Shown here in pieces: positions 19,778-29,752 of a DNA stretch of 64,000 nucleotides. A program made the translations under genes and the position numbers. Source of the stretch: Longimicrobiales bacterium (lineage in GTDB: Bacteria > Gemmatimonadota > Gemmatimonadetes > Longimicrobiales > Gaopeijiaceae); assembly GCA_965202985.1 (NCBI GenBank), contig CBDBCF010000001.1, positions 1,600,001 to 1,664,000 on the forward strand, given 5' to 3'. Position 1 is the first letter of the stretch. Each line of letters opens with the position of its first letter. The notes under the pieces are model-generated. The model saw only the letters and a program-made list of their open reading frames with translations, was not told where the DNA came from and did no database searches.

Positions 19778-21463
19778 GTGCATCCCGTCAGCTGGGTCGT
19801 CGTTCTGGGCTACTTGGGCTACGTCGTCGTGGACGGCATCCGCCGGTCCAAGGGCGCCCGCAACCTGGACGGGTACCTGCTGGCCAACCGCGCGCTGCCG
19901 TGGTGGGCCGTCGGCCTGTCCGTGATGGCCACCCAGCTGTCGGCGGTGACGCTGATCGGCACGACCGGCCAAGGCGCCACCGACGGTCTCCGCTTCGTCC
20001 AGTTCTACTTCGGCCTCCCCCTGGCGATGGTGATCCTGGGCGTCACCCTGGTTCCGCTGCTGCGCGGCGCGGGCGTCTACACGGCGTACGAGTACCTGGA
20101 GCGGCGCTTCGGCGCCCCCGTCGGAACGCTGGCGGCGTGCCTGTTCCTTGTGGGCAGGGGCATGTCGTGCGGCGTCATCATCTCGGCGCCCGCCGTGGTC
20201 TTCGCCGCCATCTTCGGCTGGCCGCTGGCGTGGTGCGTGGCGCTGATCGGCGTGCCGGCGGTGCTCTACACGGTGGTGGGCGGCGTGCAAGCCGTCACCT
20301 GGGCCGACGTCAAGCAGATGGTGCTGATCGTCGTGGCCGTGGCGGCGGTCGTGGTCGTCCTTCTGGTGCAGATGCCCGTGTCTCCCGGCGAAGCCCTTCG
20401 CATCGCGGGCGCCACCGGCCGCCTCCAAGTCTTCGACTTCTCGTTCTCGGCGACCGAGACCTACACCTTCTGGTCCGGCCTGATCGGCGGCGCCTTCCTG
20501 ATGCTGTCCTACTTCGGCACCGACCAAAGCCAAGTGCAGCGCTACCTGGCCGCCAACTCCGTGAACGCCGCGCGCAAGTCCCTTCTGGTCAGCGCCTACT
20601 GGAAGGTCCCTCTGCAGGCGATGGTGCTGCTGGTCGGCGTGCTGGTCTTCGTCTACTACCAGTTCCGGGAGCCGCCGCTGCTCTTCAACCCGGCCCACCA
20701 AGCCGCCGTTCAAGCCGAGCGGGGCGACGAGTACGAGGCCCTTCAGCAGCGCTTCGGCAACGCGCTGGCGCTGCGCGAAGAGGCGGCCCTTCGAACCGCC
20801 GACGCGCCGGACCAAGCCGAAGCGCGGGCGGCGATGGCGGCCTTTCTGGCGCGCGAAGCGTCGGTCCAGGAGGTGCGCGACGAAGCGCTGGCGATGGCGG
20901 AGGAAGTGACCGGCGAGTCGTCCCGAGACGTGAACTACATCATTCCCCGTTTCGTGCTGAACGAGCTTCCCGTAGGGCTGGCCGGGCTGTTCGTGGCCGC
21001 CGTGATCGCCGCGGCGATGTCCAGCATTTCGTCGGAGCTGAACTCCCTTTCCGCCGCCAGCGTGGTGAACGTGTACCGGCGATGGGTGCGCCCCCGCGCC
21101 ACCGACGCGCACTACCTGACGGTTTCCAGGGCGGCCACGCTGTTCTGGGGGCTGTTCGCCTCCGTCGTCGCTCTTTACGCCGTGTCGCTGGGTTCGCTCA
21201 TCGAAGTCGTGAACAAGTACGGCTCGTACTTCTACGGACCGATCCTGGGCGTCTTCCTGCTTGCGCTTATCCCTTGGGCGGGGGGCGGCGGCGCACTCTT
21301 GGGCATCGTCGCCGGGGCCGCGGCGGTGTGGACGACCGCATGGCTGGCGCCGGAGGTGTCGTTCCTGTGGTACAACGTGATCGGCTCGGGGACGGTGGTG
21401 CTCGTGGGGATGGCGGTGGGGTTGGCTGCGGGACGAGGCGGCGCGGGGAGAGGAAGAGCGTGA
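19778..21463 (+). CDS. sodium:solute symporter family transporter
   Basis: Many TM helices; YEYLERRF, GTDQSQVQRYL and AAAMSSISSELNSL motifs. Confidence 0.93.
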   Translation: MHPVSWVVVLGYLGYVVVDGIRRSKGARNLDGYLLANRALPWWAVGLSVMATQLSAVTLIGTTGQGATDGLRFVQFYFGLPLAMVILGVTLVPLLRGAGVYTAYEYLERRFGAPVGTLAACLFLVGRGMSCGVIISAPAVVFAAIFGWPLAWCVALIGVPAVLYTVVGGVQAVTWADVKQMVLIVVAVAAVVVVLLVQMPVSPGEALRIAGATGRLQVFDFSFSATETYTFWSGLIGGAFLMLSYFGTDQSQVQRYLAANSVNAARKSLLVSAYWKVPLQAMVLLVGVLVFVYYQFREPPLLFNPAHQAAVQAERGDEYEALQQRFGNALALREEAALRTADAPDQAEARAAMAAFLAREASVQEVRDEALAMAEEVTGESSRDVNYIIPRFVLNELPVGLAGLFVAAVIAAAMSSISSELNSLSAASVVNVYRRWVRPRATDAHYLTVSRAATLFWGLFASVVALYAVSLGSLIEVVNKYGSYFYGPILGVFLLALIPWAGGGGALLGIVAGAAAVWTTAWLAPEVSFLWYNVIGSGTVVLVGMAVGLAAGRGGAGRGRA

Positions 21464-22218
21464 GTGAGAGTGGTCGGAAGACTAGGACGACCCGTGAGAT
21501 ACCGGACGCGATCCACGCAGACGCTTTGCGGACGGCCCGAATCAAGGGAGGAGCGAGGCCGGGGATCGCGCTAAGCAAGAATCGAATCTTGGCGTTGCTC
21601 GGGTTGCGCGAGGAATGGAAGCGGCCCGATGAGGTCTACTCCGACGAGGCTTGGGAAATCTGCATCATCTGGCGCAGCGGGTACGGCAAGGTCGAGATCG
21701 GCACCGCCGAGGACGGCAGCGTCGGATACTACGTCAGCCGCACGCTGAGCGAGAAGAGCGAGAAAGGGAGCTTCCTGGAGCACAGCCTGGGTGGCGACTC
21801 CGACGGAAGACGCGTCAAGTCGCTCGGCAGGGTTTCCGGTCGCGTCGAGGCGTTGAACATCCATGACAAGATGGTTTGCTACGTCTATCCGGTTTCCGAT
21901 CCCGTGCGCATCGCTTATCGTTTCGCCGAGAACATTCTCGATTCGAGTTGCGGCGGCCATCGGCCGCTACGTGACGTTAACGGTATGACAATTATGACTG
22001 GTTGCGATCCTTTGCGCGCCCCTTCGACTCGCGCAGAGTGCTCCTGGACGCCGTGTGACAGATTCTCGGCCAGATTCCTAGGTGAATCTGTCACAACTGA
22101 TGATCGACGGACGCGGAGGCTTGGTGGCTTTCGGAGTAGGGGGTTGTGGCGGACGCATGGAGTCGAGTATCTTGCGGCAGCGCACCTCGAAACCCCCGGG
22201 ATGGAGACACAAACATGA
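21460..22218 (+). CDS. hypothetical ORF or chimeric remnant at the island's left border
   Basis: GTGA overlap with symporter stop; GC falls along the ORF and the last third looks non-coding. Confidence 0.35.
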   Translation: MSESGRKTRTTREIPDAIHADALRTARIKGGARPGIALSKNRILALLGLREEWKRPDEVYSDEAWEICIIWRSGYGKVEIGTAEDGSVGYYVSRTLSEKSEKGSFLEHSLGGDSDGRRVKSLGRVSGRVEALNIHDKMVCYVYPVSDPVRIAYRFAENILDSSCGGHRPLRDVNGMTIMTGCDPLRAPSTRAECSWTPCDRFSARFLGESVTTDDRRTRRLGGFRSRGLWRTHGVEYLAAAHLETPGMETQT

Positions 22219-22268
22219 GCGACACATTCGGCTGGCATCGGCACCCTACCACTCGAAGGCGAAGCGAG

Positions 22269-22754
22269 GTGTCGATCTCGTACACGGATCAACAGATCAA
22301 GGAGATGCTGGCGGAGCACAAGCAACCTCCAGTTGACACCTGTCTTCCGCTCAGCCTCACGCGCAAGCGCATCCACAACGAACGGAATCTTGATCTTCAA
22401 GGTGATTCGGGAGCGAAGTACCGGCTGATTCTGCGGCAGAACACGAGCAATGCCTTTGATTTCTCCGTCATTCTTGCTCGAGAACTGCCCGGATCCGGCG
22501 ATGTGTTTCGTCTCAGGCGACATAATGGCAAGGGCCATGAGCACAAGAACAAGATCGAGGGCGACGTCGTCTACGACCATCATATCCATTATGCTACTGA
22601 GAGATACCAGAAACGTGGCTTCGACGAAGACGGCTATGCGGAAGCAACCGATCGATATAGCACCATTGACGAAGCTGTCGACTGCATGATCAAGACTGGC
22701 AACATCACCATTCTTCCGGCCGTCCAACGGGAACTATTCTGGGGAGCCATCTAA
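22269..22754 (+). CDS. DUF6978-like protein, copy A (alternative start 22215)
   Basis: [13 protein letters not shown]...HHIHY; same motif order as 35796..36251. Confidence 0.7.
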   Translation: MSISYTDQQIKEMLAEHKQPPVDTCLPLSLTRKRIHNERNLDLQGDSGAKYRLILRQNTSNAFDFSVILARELPGSGDVFRLRRHNGKGHEHKNKIEGDVVYDHHIHYATERYQKRGFDEDGYAEATDRYSTIDEAVDCMIKTGNITILPAVQRELFWGAI

Positions 22755-23548
22755 TGACAAGAGAATGCATCGAGGCGGAGTTTAGGCAGAAGGTGGCGGC
22801 AGAGATCCGCATCGCACCTGAGGGTGTCGACAGATATCGCGTATTTACGCCCTTTCAGTTTGATGACGGAGACCGTTTCTCGATCGTCTTGAAGCGAGAG
22901 AAGGCGCAATGGCTGTTGTCGGACGAGGCACATACATACATGCACATGAGCTACGATATTGATGTCGACGAGCTGCATAAAGGTCGGCGCAAGGCACTCA
23001 TAACCAAAGCACTCACGATGTTCGGCGTCGAGAATCGAAATGGAGAGCTCGTTATCGATGTAGCGAAGCGCGACTACGGCGAATGTCTCTATTCGTTCGT
23101 GCAGGCGTTGCTGAAGATATCAGATGTATCCTATGTGACGCGTCCGAGAACAAAGTCTGCGTTTGCCGATGATTTTCGTGACTTGTTGTCGGAAGTAGTT
23201 CCAGTAGACCGCCGAGACTTCGAATGGCATGATCAAGAGCGCGACCCAAAGGGGAAATACACCGTTGATTGCCGGATCAACGGGGCGCATCCGCCGCTTG
23301 TCGTGCATGCACTCCCGAACGACGGTCGAACCCGAGATGCGACGATCACGCTGCTGACGTTCGAGAAATGGGGAATGCCGTTTCGGTCGCTGGCAATCTT
23401 TGAAGACCAAGAATCAATCAGCCGAAACGTACTGGCACGGTTCAGCGATGTTTGCGAAAAGCAATTCTCAAGCTTGTCTGCCGGTCGCTCTCGCCTTTCT
23501 CGTTTCCTGGAGCCGTACCTGGAGACGCGGGCCAAAGGCGCACCGTGA
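22754..23548 (+). CDS. DUF1828-domain protein with C-terminal restriction-endonuclease-like (DUF1829-like) region, copy A
   Basis: [23 protein letters not shown]-terminus; TAATG coupling upstream and GTGA coupling to hsdM. Confidence 0.75.
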   Translation: MTRECIEAEFRQKVAAEIRIAPEGVDRYRVFTPFQFDDGDRFSIVLKREKAQWLLSDEAHTYMHMSYDIDVDELHKGRRKALITKALTMFGVENRNGELVIDVAKRDYGECLYSFVQALLKISDVSYVTRPRTKSAFADDFRDLLSEVVPVDRRDFEWHDQERDPKGKYTVDCRINGAHPPLVVHALPNDGRTRDATITLLTFEKWGMPFRSLAIFEDQESISRNVLARFSDVCEKQFSSLSAGRSRLSRFLEPYLETRAKGAP

Positions 23549-25701
23549 CCCACGACCAGCTGGGCTGGATCGCCAACTATATCTGGGGCATCGCCGACGA
23601 CATGCTCCGGGACCTGTGGGAGCGTGGCAAGTACCGGGACGTGATCCTGCCCATGATCGTGCTCCGCCGACTGGACGTAGTGCTGGAGCCAACCAAGCAG
23701 GCGGTGCTGGAACGGAAGGCGATGCTGGACCAAGCCGGCGTCGCCAACCAGGACGACGGACTGCGCGCCGCGGCGGGCCAGGCGTTCTACAACTCGTCCC
23801 CCTTCACCATGCAGGACCTGAAGGCGCGAGCCAGCCAGCAGCAGCTCCGAGCCGACTTCGAGGCCTATTTGGACGGCTTCTCGCCCAACGTCCAGGAGAT
23901 CATCGACAACTTCGAGTTCCGCAACCAGGTCTCACGCCTTTCCAGGGCCGACGTGCTGGGATCGCTGATCGAGAAGCTGACTTCGCCCGACGTGAATCTG
24001 GGGCCGGAGCCAGTGCGCAAGCCCAACGGGACCGTCAAGCACCCCGGCCTCGACAATCACGGCATGGGCACGATCTTCGAGGAGTTGGTGCGGCGCTTCA
24101 ACGAAGAGAACAACGAGCAGGCCGGCCAGCACTGGACGCCGCGCGACGCCGTGCAGCTCATGGCTAAGCTCGTCTTTCTGCCGGTGGCGGACGAGATCAC
24201 GCCTGGCACCTACTTGCTATACGATGGTGCCTGCGGAACCGGCGGAATGCTGACCGTGGCTGAGGAGACGTTGCAGGCGCTGGCCGAGGAGCGCGGCAAG
24301 AAGGTGACCACGCACCTGTACGGCCAGGAGATCAGCGCCGAGACCTACGCGATCTGCAAGGCCGACCTGCTCCTGAAGGGCGAAGGCGAGGCGGCCGACA
24401 ACATCGTGGGCGGTCCCGAGCACTCGACCCTGTCCAACGACGCCTTCCCCGACAAGGAGTTCGACTTCATGCTGTCGAACCCGCCCTACGGGAAGAGCTG
24501 GAAGAGCGACTTGCAGCGCATGGGTGGCAAGCGCGACATGCACGACCCCCGCTTCGTGATCCAGCACGGCTCCGACCCCGAGTTCTCGCTTGCGACCCGC
24601 GTCAGCGACGGCCAGATGCTCTTCCTCGCCAACATGCTGAGCAAGATGAAGCGGGACACGCCGCTGGGCAGCCGGATCGCCGAGGTCCACAACGGCAGCT
24701 CGCTCTTCACCGGCGGCGCGGGCCAAGGCGAGAGCAACATCCGCCAGTGGATCATCGAGAACGACTGGCTGGAGGCGATTGTGGCGCTCCCGCTGAACAT
24801 GTTCTACAACACCGGCATCGCGACCTACATCTGGCTTCTGACCAATCGCAAGGCCGAGCATCGCGTCGGCAAGGTCCAGCTCATCGACGCCACGCAGTGG
24901 TTCACGCCCCTGCGGAAGAACCTGGGTAAGAAGAACTGCGAGCTGTCGGAAGACGACATCCAGCGCGTATGCGACGTGTTCTCGGCGTTCGAGGAGACGG
25001 AGGAGTCGAAGATCTTCGACAACGACGCCTTCGGGCACCGCAGGGTGACCGTCGAGCGCCCGTTGCGGATCGACGGCGCGGAACCCGAGCGCGTCTACAA
25101 GGCCGCGGAGATCAAGCGGCTGAAGGAGGATGGCGAGCGCGACCCGGAGGCGGCACCGGTGATTCGGCGGGCGTGGAAGAAGGGCGTCGAAGCCGATCCG
25201 CTGGCGGGCCGGTTCGAGGCTACCGTGGACGGCGCGCCAGCAGTCGTGGAGTACGAGCCGGACCCCGACTTGCGAGACACCGAGCAGGTTCCTCTGACCG
25301 ACGACGGGGGCGTGGAGGGCTTCCTGCGCCGGCAGGTCCTGCCTGAAGTGCCCGACGCCTGGTACCGTCCCGACTCGATGAAGACGGGGTACGAGATCAA
25401 CTTCACCCGGCACTTCTACAAGCCGAAGCCGATGCGGTCGCTGGCGAAGATTCGGGGGGACATCCTAACCACCCGGCGGCGGGCGGACGCGTTGCTGGCT
25501 AGCCTGGTGGCCGAGTCCCAAGCAAAGTCCTACGGGGCACGATTGCGGATCTACGTGGACACGAGCGTCGTGGGCGGCTGCTACGACGAGGATTTCCAGG
25601 GGCCCTCGCGCCGGTTGTTCGAGGCGTTCGTTCGCGGGGATTACACGCTACTTTTGTCGCAACTGACCACTGACGAGCTACAGCTAGCAGCCCGTGGATA
25701 A
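23545..25701 (+). CDS. hsdM: type I R-M methyltransferase subunit with an in-frame C-terminal PIN fragment
   Basis: [33 protein letters not shown] and [11 protein letters not shown], then [14 protein letters not shown]; the stop lies inside the IS end. Confidence 0.95.
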   Translation: MTHDQLGWIANYIWGIADDMLRDLWERGKYRDVILPMIVLRRLDVVLEPTKQAVLERKAMLDQAGVANQDDGLRAAAGQAFYNSSPFTMQDLKARASQQQLRADFEAYLDGFSPNVQEIIDNFEFRNQVSRLSRADVLGSLIEKLTSPDVNLGPEPVRKPNGTVKHPGLDNHGMGTIFEELVRRFNEENNEQAGQHWTPRDAVQLMAKLVFLPVADEITPGTYLLYDGACGTGGMLTVAEETLQALAEERGKKVTTHLYGQEISAETYAICKADLLLKGEGEAADNIVGGPEHSTLSNDAFPDKEFDFMLSNPPYGKSWKSDLQRMGGKRDMHDPRFVIQHGSDPEFSLATRVSDGQMLFLANMLSKMKRDTPLGSRIAEVHNGSSLFTGGAGQGESNIRQWIIENDWLEAIVALPLNMFYNTGIATYIWLLTNRKAEHRVGKVQLIDATQWFTPLRKNLGKKNCELSEDDIQRVCDVFSAFEETEESKIFDNDAFGHRRVTVERPLRIDGAEPERVYKAAEIKRLKEDGERDPEAAPVIRRAWKKGVEADPLAGRFEATVDGAPAVVEYEPDPDLRDTEQVPLTDDGGVEGFLRRQVLPEVPDAWYRPDSMKTGYEINFTRHFYKPKPMRSLAKIRGDILTTRRRADALLASLVAESQAKSYGARLRIYVDTSVVGGCYDEDFQGPSRRLFEAFVRGDYTLLLSQLTTDELQLAARG

Positions 25702-27216
25702 ACGGGTTTGGCGCGTGCGCGACGGAACTTGGCGGGACACGGGCGTTTACCGGGCTCTCGACGGCGCGAACGCGCGGAATTCGCGGAATTGGGCTCGAAG
25801 CGGCCCCAGGAGGCGCTCGAGCGGCCCGGGAGCGGCCAATGGGCGGCAAAATCGGCGCAAAACGCGGGATGTGGCACCCGTCGCGCAGGAATCGAGCACA
25901 GCTTGCGCTGCGGCGGGGCGGCCCTGCAGGCCCCGAGGCGTGCCGACGCCGAAGCGTCTTCGCATGAGCAGTCCGAGGTTGAAGGCGGCGACGTGAATCA
26001 GCATCCGCTTGCGGATGTCCTCGTGGCCGCGAACGTGCACGCGGCGAAGCCCGCCCGTCTCCAGCAGGTGCGCGAACGAGCGCTCGAGCTTCTCGCCCCG
26101 CATCCTCAGCAGCGCCTTGCCGCGCTCGCCCCGAATCCGCCGCCGGTTCGCGTAGACCGGCTTCTGGGCTTCCTTGTTCTGCTTCCAGCTCCGCCGACCG
26201 CGCTCGGGCTCGCTCACGTAGCCGCGCAGCCCGCGGTCCTCCAACTCCGTCATCGTCCTGTTCGAGTGATAGCCCTTGTCGCACACCACTTCCGCCGCCC
26301 CAGCACCCAGCTCCGCCAGCCGCCGCTCCGCCTCGTCCAGCGTCTCCGGCAGCGACGCCGCGTCGCCCCCGTCCGTCGTCTGCACCGTCACGCCCACCAC
26401 CGCGCCCGACTCCAGGTCCACCGCCTGCTCCAGCTTGTGACCAAGCCGCGTGCGCCCGTCCTTCATCTTCGTGATCCGCGCCTCCGGGTCCCCCGGATGC
26501 ACCCACTCCGCGTTCGACCCCTTCTTCGGACGCCTCCGGTCCAGCTTCGCCAACTCCGCGCGCGTCGGCGTCTCGATCCCCGACGCCCGCGCCAGCTCCC
26601 GCAGCCACGCCTCGTAGCCCGTGCCCGCGTCCCGACGCACGATCGAGCGCATCGCCGCGTTCGCCTCCAAAGTCGTCGAGTCCACCCCCAGCGTCCCGCC
26701 CCCCAGCAGCCCCGAGTCGTCCACCAGCCGCAGCACGCGCGCGAACACCGCGACGTGCGCCTCCACGCTCAGCCGCTTGCGCGTCTTCGACAGGCTCGAA
26801 TGGTCCGGCGGGTTCCTCGTCAGCTCGTACCCCAGGAACGCCCGCACCGAAAACGAGTCCCTGCACCGCCAGGCGATGCCCCGCTCCGACGAGATGCCCT
26901 CCAAGTACCCCACCATCAGCGCCCGGAAGTACACACTCGGAGGAACTCCCGGCCGACCCACGTTGCCCGCGTAGAACTCGGCGCACGCCTCCTCCGCGAA
27001 CTCGTCGAACCCGTCCTCCCGCAACAGCTTGTCCAGCGCGCGGTAGAACGGATGCTCGGTCACGCTGATCTCGCTGGTCGCCACGAACAGCGCCTCCTGG
27101 CGCACGCTCGGACGCTTGCCCAACGCCATCGCCGTCCTCCTTCCAGGGAATCGTCGCCTCCCTCCAATCTAACCCCTATCCCCAACGCCGCCCGGAAGGA
27201 CTTTATCCACGGGCTG
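25688..27216 (-). mobile_element. insertion sequence (IS1182/IS5-like), 1529 bp
   Basis: Perfect 15-bp terminal inverted repeats CAGCCCGTGGATAAA/TTTATCCACGGGCTG; CTAG duplicated at 25684-25687 and 27217-27220. Confidence 0.93.
25747..27129 (-). CDS. DDE transposase (DUF772 N-terminus)
   Basis: GRPGVPP, SERGI, PDHSSLS, VDSTT, CDKGY and ERSFAHL motifs. Confidence 0.92.
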   Translation of the reverse strand: MALGKRPSVRQEALFVATSEISVTEHPFYRALDKLLREDGFDEFAEEACAEFYAGNVGRPGVPPSVYFRALMVGYLEGISSERGIAWRCRDSFSVRAFLGYELTRNPPDHSSLSKTRKRLSVEAHVAVFARVLRLVDDSGLLGGGTLGVDSTTLEANAAMRSIVRRDAGTGYEAWLRELARASGIETPTRAELAKLDRRRPKKGSNAEWVHPGDPEARITKMKDGRTRLGHKLEQAVDLESGAVVGVTVQTTDGGDAASLPETLDEAERRLAELGAGAAEVVCDKGYHSNRTMTELEDRGLRGYVSEPERGRRSWKQNKEAQKPVYANRRRIRGERGKALLRMRGEKLERSFAHLLETGGLRRVHVRGHEDIRKRMLIHVAAFNLGLLMRRRFGVGTPRGLQGRPAAAQAVLDSCATGATSRVLRRFCRPLAAPGPLERLLGPLRAQFREFRAFAPSRAR

Positions 27217-27498
27217 CTAGCACGTCCAGACGTGAGAGCGACGATCCAGCGCGTTCCTGACTCTCACGTCGAGCGAAGCAGCTCGCCCAAGCCTATGTCC
27301 AGGCGGGAGCCCTGGCCAAGTCCATGAATTCCGACGCCCTGCATATTGCCCTGGCTACGTTGGCCCGGGCAGACTTCTTGACGAGCTGGAACTTCAAGCA
27401 CATCGTTAATCGGAAGCGGAGTCGCATCTGCAATGCCGTCAACTTGACGCGAGGCCATTCACCCATCACCATCCGTGCACCATGGGAGATCGAACATC

Positions 27499-27702
27499 AT
27501 GAGTAGCACCGACAGCAAGCCCTTCAGCTACGTCCGTCATCTCCGCGAGATACGAGACGAAAACAACAAGAAGATGGAAGGCATGAGCTACCGCGAACTC
27601 ATGGACTGGCTCAATTCGAAGGAGTACACCGACCCGACTCTCCGCCGATGGGCCGCCAAGTGCCGCCAAGCAGAGGCCGCGCTGGATAGGTCTCCACGAT
27701 GA
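27499..27702 (+). CDS. small putative antitoxin/partner of the PIN domain
   Basis: 67 aa overlapping the PIN stop; FSYVRHLREIRD..MS..E motif recurs at ~28200-28290. Confidence 0.6.
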   Translation: MSSTDSKPFSYVRHLREIRDENNKKMEGMSYRELMDWLNSKEYTDPTLRRWAAKCRQAEAALDRSPR

Positions 27703-27754
27703 CCCAGCGGGCTCGGGCCAAGAACCCACTGACCGACGCACTCGTCACTGGGGA

Positions 27755-28332
27755 ATCGGAGGGCCTGATGAACGCAATCGTTCCAAACCCCACACAGTTT
27801 CGTGAGCCCACGCCCCTCCGTAGCTCACACTCCTCCTGTCCGTGCGGTCGTTACGGCGTTGGAAGACGAGCGATACGAGGTGAAGGCCGTGCTGTCGCGA
27901 GTCCCTGACGCCCACACCGAGTTCCTCGCCGAGACCCCGGCGGCTATGGAACTGGTTGACGCGTACGTTCGCGTGGGCGCTATGGCCGAATCGTCGCGGT
28001 CCCACGCGTTGCACTTCGCCCTAGCCACACTGGCCAAGGCCGATATCCTGGCCAGCTGGGACTACAGGAACATTGTCAACGTCAACCGGATTCAAGACTG
28101 CAACTACGTCAATGTCGCTCAGGGCCAGCGTCGATTGATGGTCCATACGCCGCTGGCGTTAGACCTGTGTGCGTCGTGCGATGCTTCCGGATCCGCGTCT
28201 TTTAGCAACGTCAAGCTGTTGCGCGAAGTACGAGATACGATTTCCAAAGAGATCGCGGACATGAGCTTTGAGGAGAAAAGACAGTGGGAAGCATCCAGGT
28301 TGCCACCGACCCCGCGTTGCGCAAACTCATGA
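27755..28332 (+). pseudogene. second, degenerate PIN domain fused to an antitoxin-like segment
   Basis: RVPDAHTE..HALHFALATLAKADILASWDYRNIVN then FSNVKLLREVRD..MSFEE; N-terminal DTSV motif is missing. Confidence 0.7.
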
Positions 28333-28402
28333 GGCGGATTGCGTCAGCGGGGCCATCCACGCCTCGTCGCAAACTTAGACAGAGGCGAAAGGATGATCCG
28401 TC

Positions 28403-29752
28403 GTGACCAAATGGCTCCGAGACATCCCAGGGCACTGGACAGTCGCTCCTGTCAAGCGGCATTTCAATGTACGACTTGGCAAGCAGCTGCAGAACGATCG
28501 GCTTGCGTCGAGCGACCGGCGGGTGAGCTACCTGAAAGCGAAGCATGTACAGTGGCACTCGACACACACCGACGATCTGCCGCAAATGTGGGCAAGCCCA
28601 TGCGATATCGAACAATTCGGAGTCCGAAGTGGTGACCTTCTCGTCTGTGAAGGGGGCGAAGGTGGTCGATGCACGGTCGTCACAGACCCCGGCGATCAGT
28701 GGATTATCCAGAACGCTCTTCACCGCGTGCGACCGAGCGATGAGGAGCTGCGACGTGACAATTCGGCCAACTTGTGGCTCCAATTTGTGTTACGTGCTGT
28801 CGCTTCCACCGGATGGCTCGACGCGATCAATAACAAGGCAACCATTGCGCACTTCACGGTAGACAAGTTCAATGCATTGATGATTCCAATACCTCCTGCG
28901 GCAGAGCAAGGCGCGCTAGTTGTTTACCTACAACACGAAATGGCCAAGATTGACGCCTTGATCCGCAAGAAGGAAACCCTGGTCGACAGACTCGAGGAAC
29001 ACCGCACAGTCCTCATCAGCAGAACAGTGACGCGAGGACTTCCATTCACCGAAGCAAGAAGGGCTGGATTCGACCCAGATCCAAGACTCAAGTTGAGCGG
29101 AGTAGAGTGGCTGGGGGAGGTGCCTGAACACTGGGAAGTAAAAAGGGGAAAATACATATTCGATGTTGTCGACATTCGATCCATCACAGGACATGAGGAA
29201 CTCTTGACTGTGTCGTCAAAGCATGGTGTTGTTCCGAGAGCGTCCTCCGATGTTTCGGTAACGATGTTTAGGGCCGAATCTTATGTTGGGTCCAAACTGT
29301 GCTGGCCAGGTGACTTGGTGATCAACAGCTTGTGGGCTTGGGGGTGCGGGTTGGGAGTTTCGCCACATCACGGAATAGTAAGCTCGGCATATGGAGTATA
29401 TCGTTTGCGTCGTTGTTATCGGGAATACGCCGGTTACGTCCATTGGTTAGTTCGGTCACATGCGTTCCAAAGAGAACTGCAGGTCCGATCACAAGGCATA
29501 TGGGTTTCCAGACTACAGCTGACCGATGAGTCGTTTCTGGCCGCTTACTTTTCGTTGCCTCCCGATCGAGAACAAGCGGCAATCGCGGAGTACTTGGGTC
29601 ACGCTACCCAAGTCATCGATAAGGCCATTTCGCTCGCACGCAAAGAGATCAACCTGCTCCGCGAGTACCGGACGCGCCTGATTTCCGACGTGGTCACCGG
29701 AAGGGTGGACATGCAGGGGGTCTCTGGTATGGATCAGGAGACAACAGCTTGA
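28403..29752 (+). CDS. hsdS: type I R-M specificity subunit
   Basis: Two TRDs with IPPAAEQ/LPPDREQ, central SGVEWLGEVPEHW, terminal LISDVVTGRVD; low GC. Confidence 0.93.
   Translation: MTKWLRDIPGHWTVAPVKRHFNVRLGKQLQNDRLASSDRRVSYLKAKHVQWHSTHTDDLPQMWASPCDIEQFGVRSGDLLVCEGGEGGRCTVVTDPGDQWIIQNALHRVRPSDEELRRDNSANLWLQFVLRAVASTGWLDAINNKATIAHFTVDKFNALMIPIPPAAEQGALVVYLQHEMAKIDALIRKKETLVDRLEEHRTVLISRTVTRGLPFTEARRAGFDPDPRLKLSGVEWLGEVPEHWEVKRGKYIFDVVDIRSITGHEELLTVSSKHGVVPRASSDVSVTMFRAESYVGSKLCWPGDLVINSLWAWGCGLGVSPHHGIVSSAYGVYRLRRCYREYAGYVHWLVRSHAFQRELQVRSQGIWVSRLQLTDESFLAAYFSLPPDREQAAIAEYLGHATQVIDKAISLARKEINLLREYRTRLISDVVTGRVDMQGVSGMDQETTA

Larger units (their letters stand above)
25540..27506 (+). pseudogene. 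PIN-domain (VapC-like) region fused to hsdM, split by an IS and frameshifted
   Basis: RIYVDTSV...TDEL before the IS; ARPDVRATIQRVP after it in the same restored frame; AKQLAQAY..SDALHIA..SWNFKHIVN after a shift near 27275. Confidence 0.8.

Noticed and set aside
28403..29752. Phase-variable hsdS shufflon
   Set aside because: Only one hsdS, with no silent TRD copies, recombinase or inverted repeats seen
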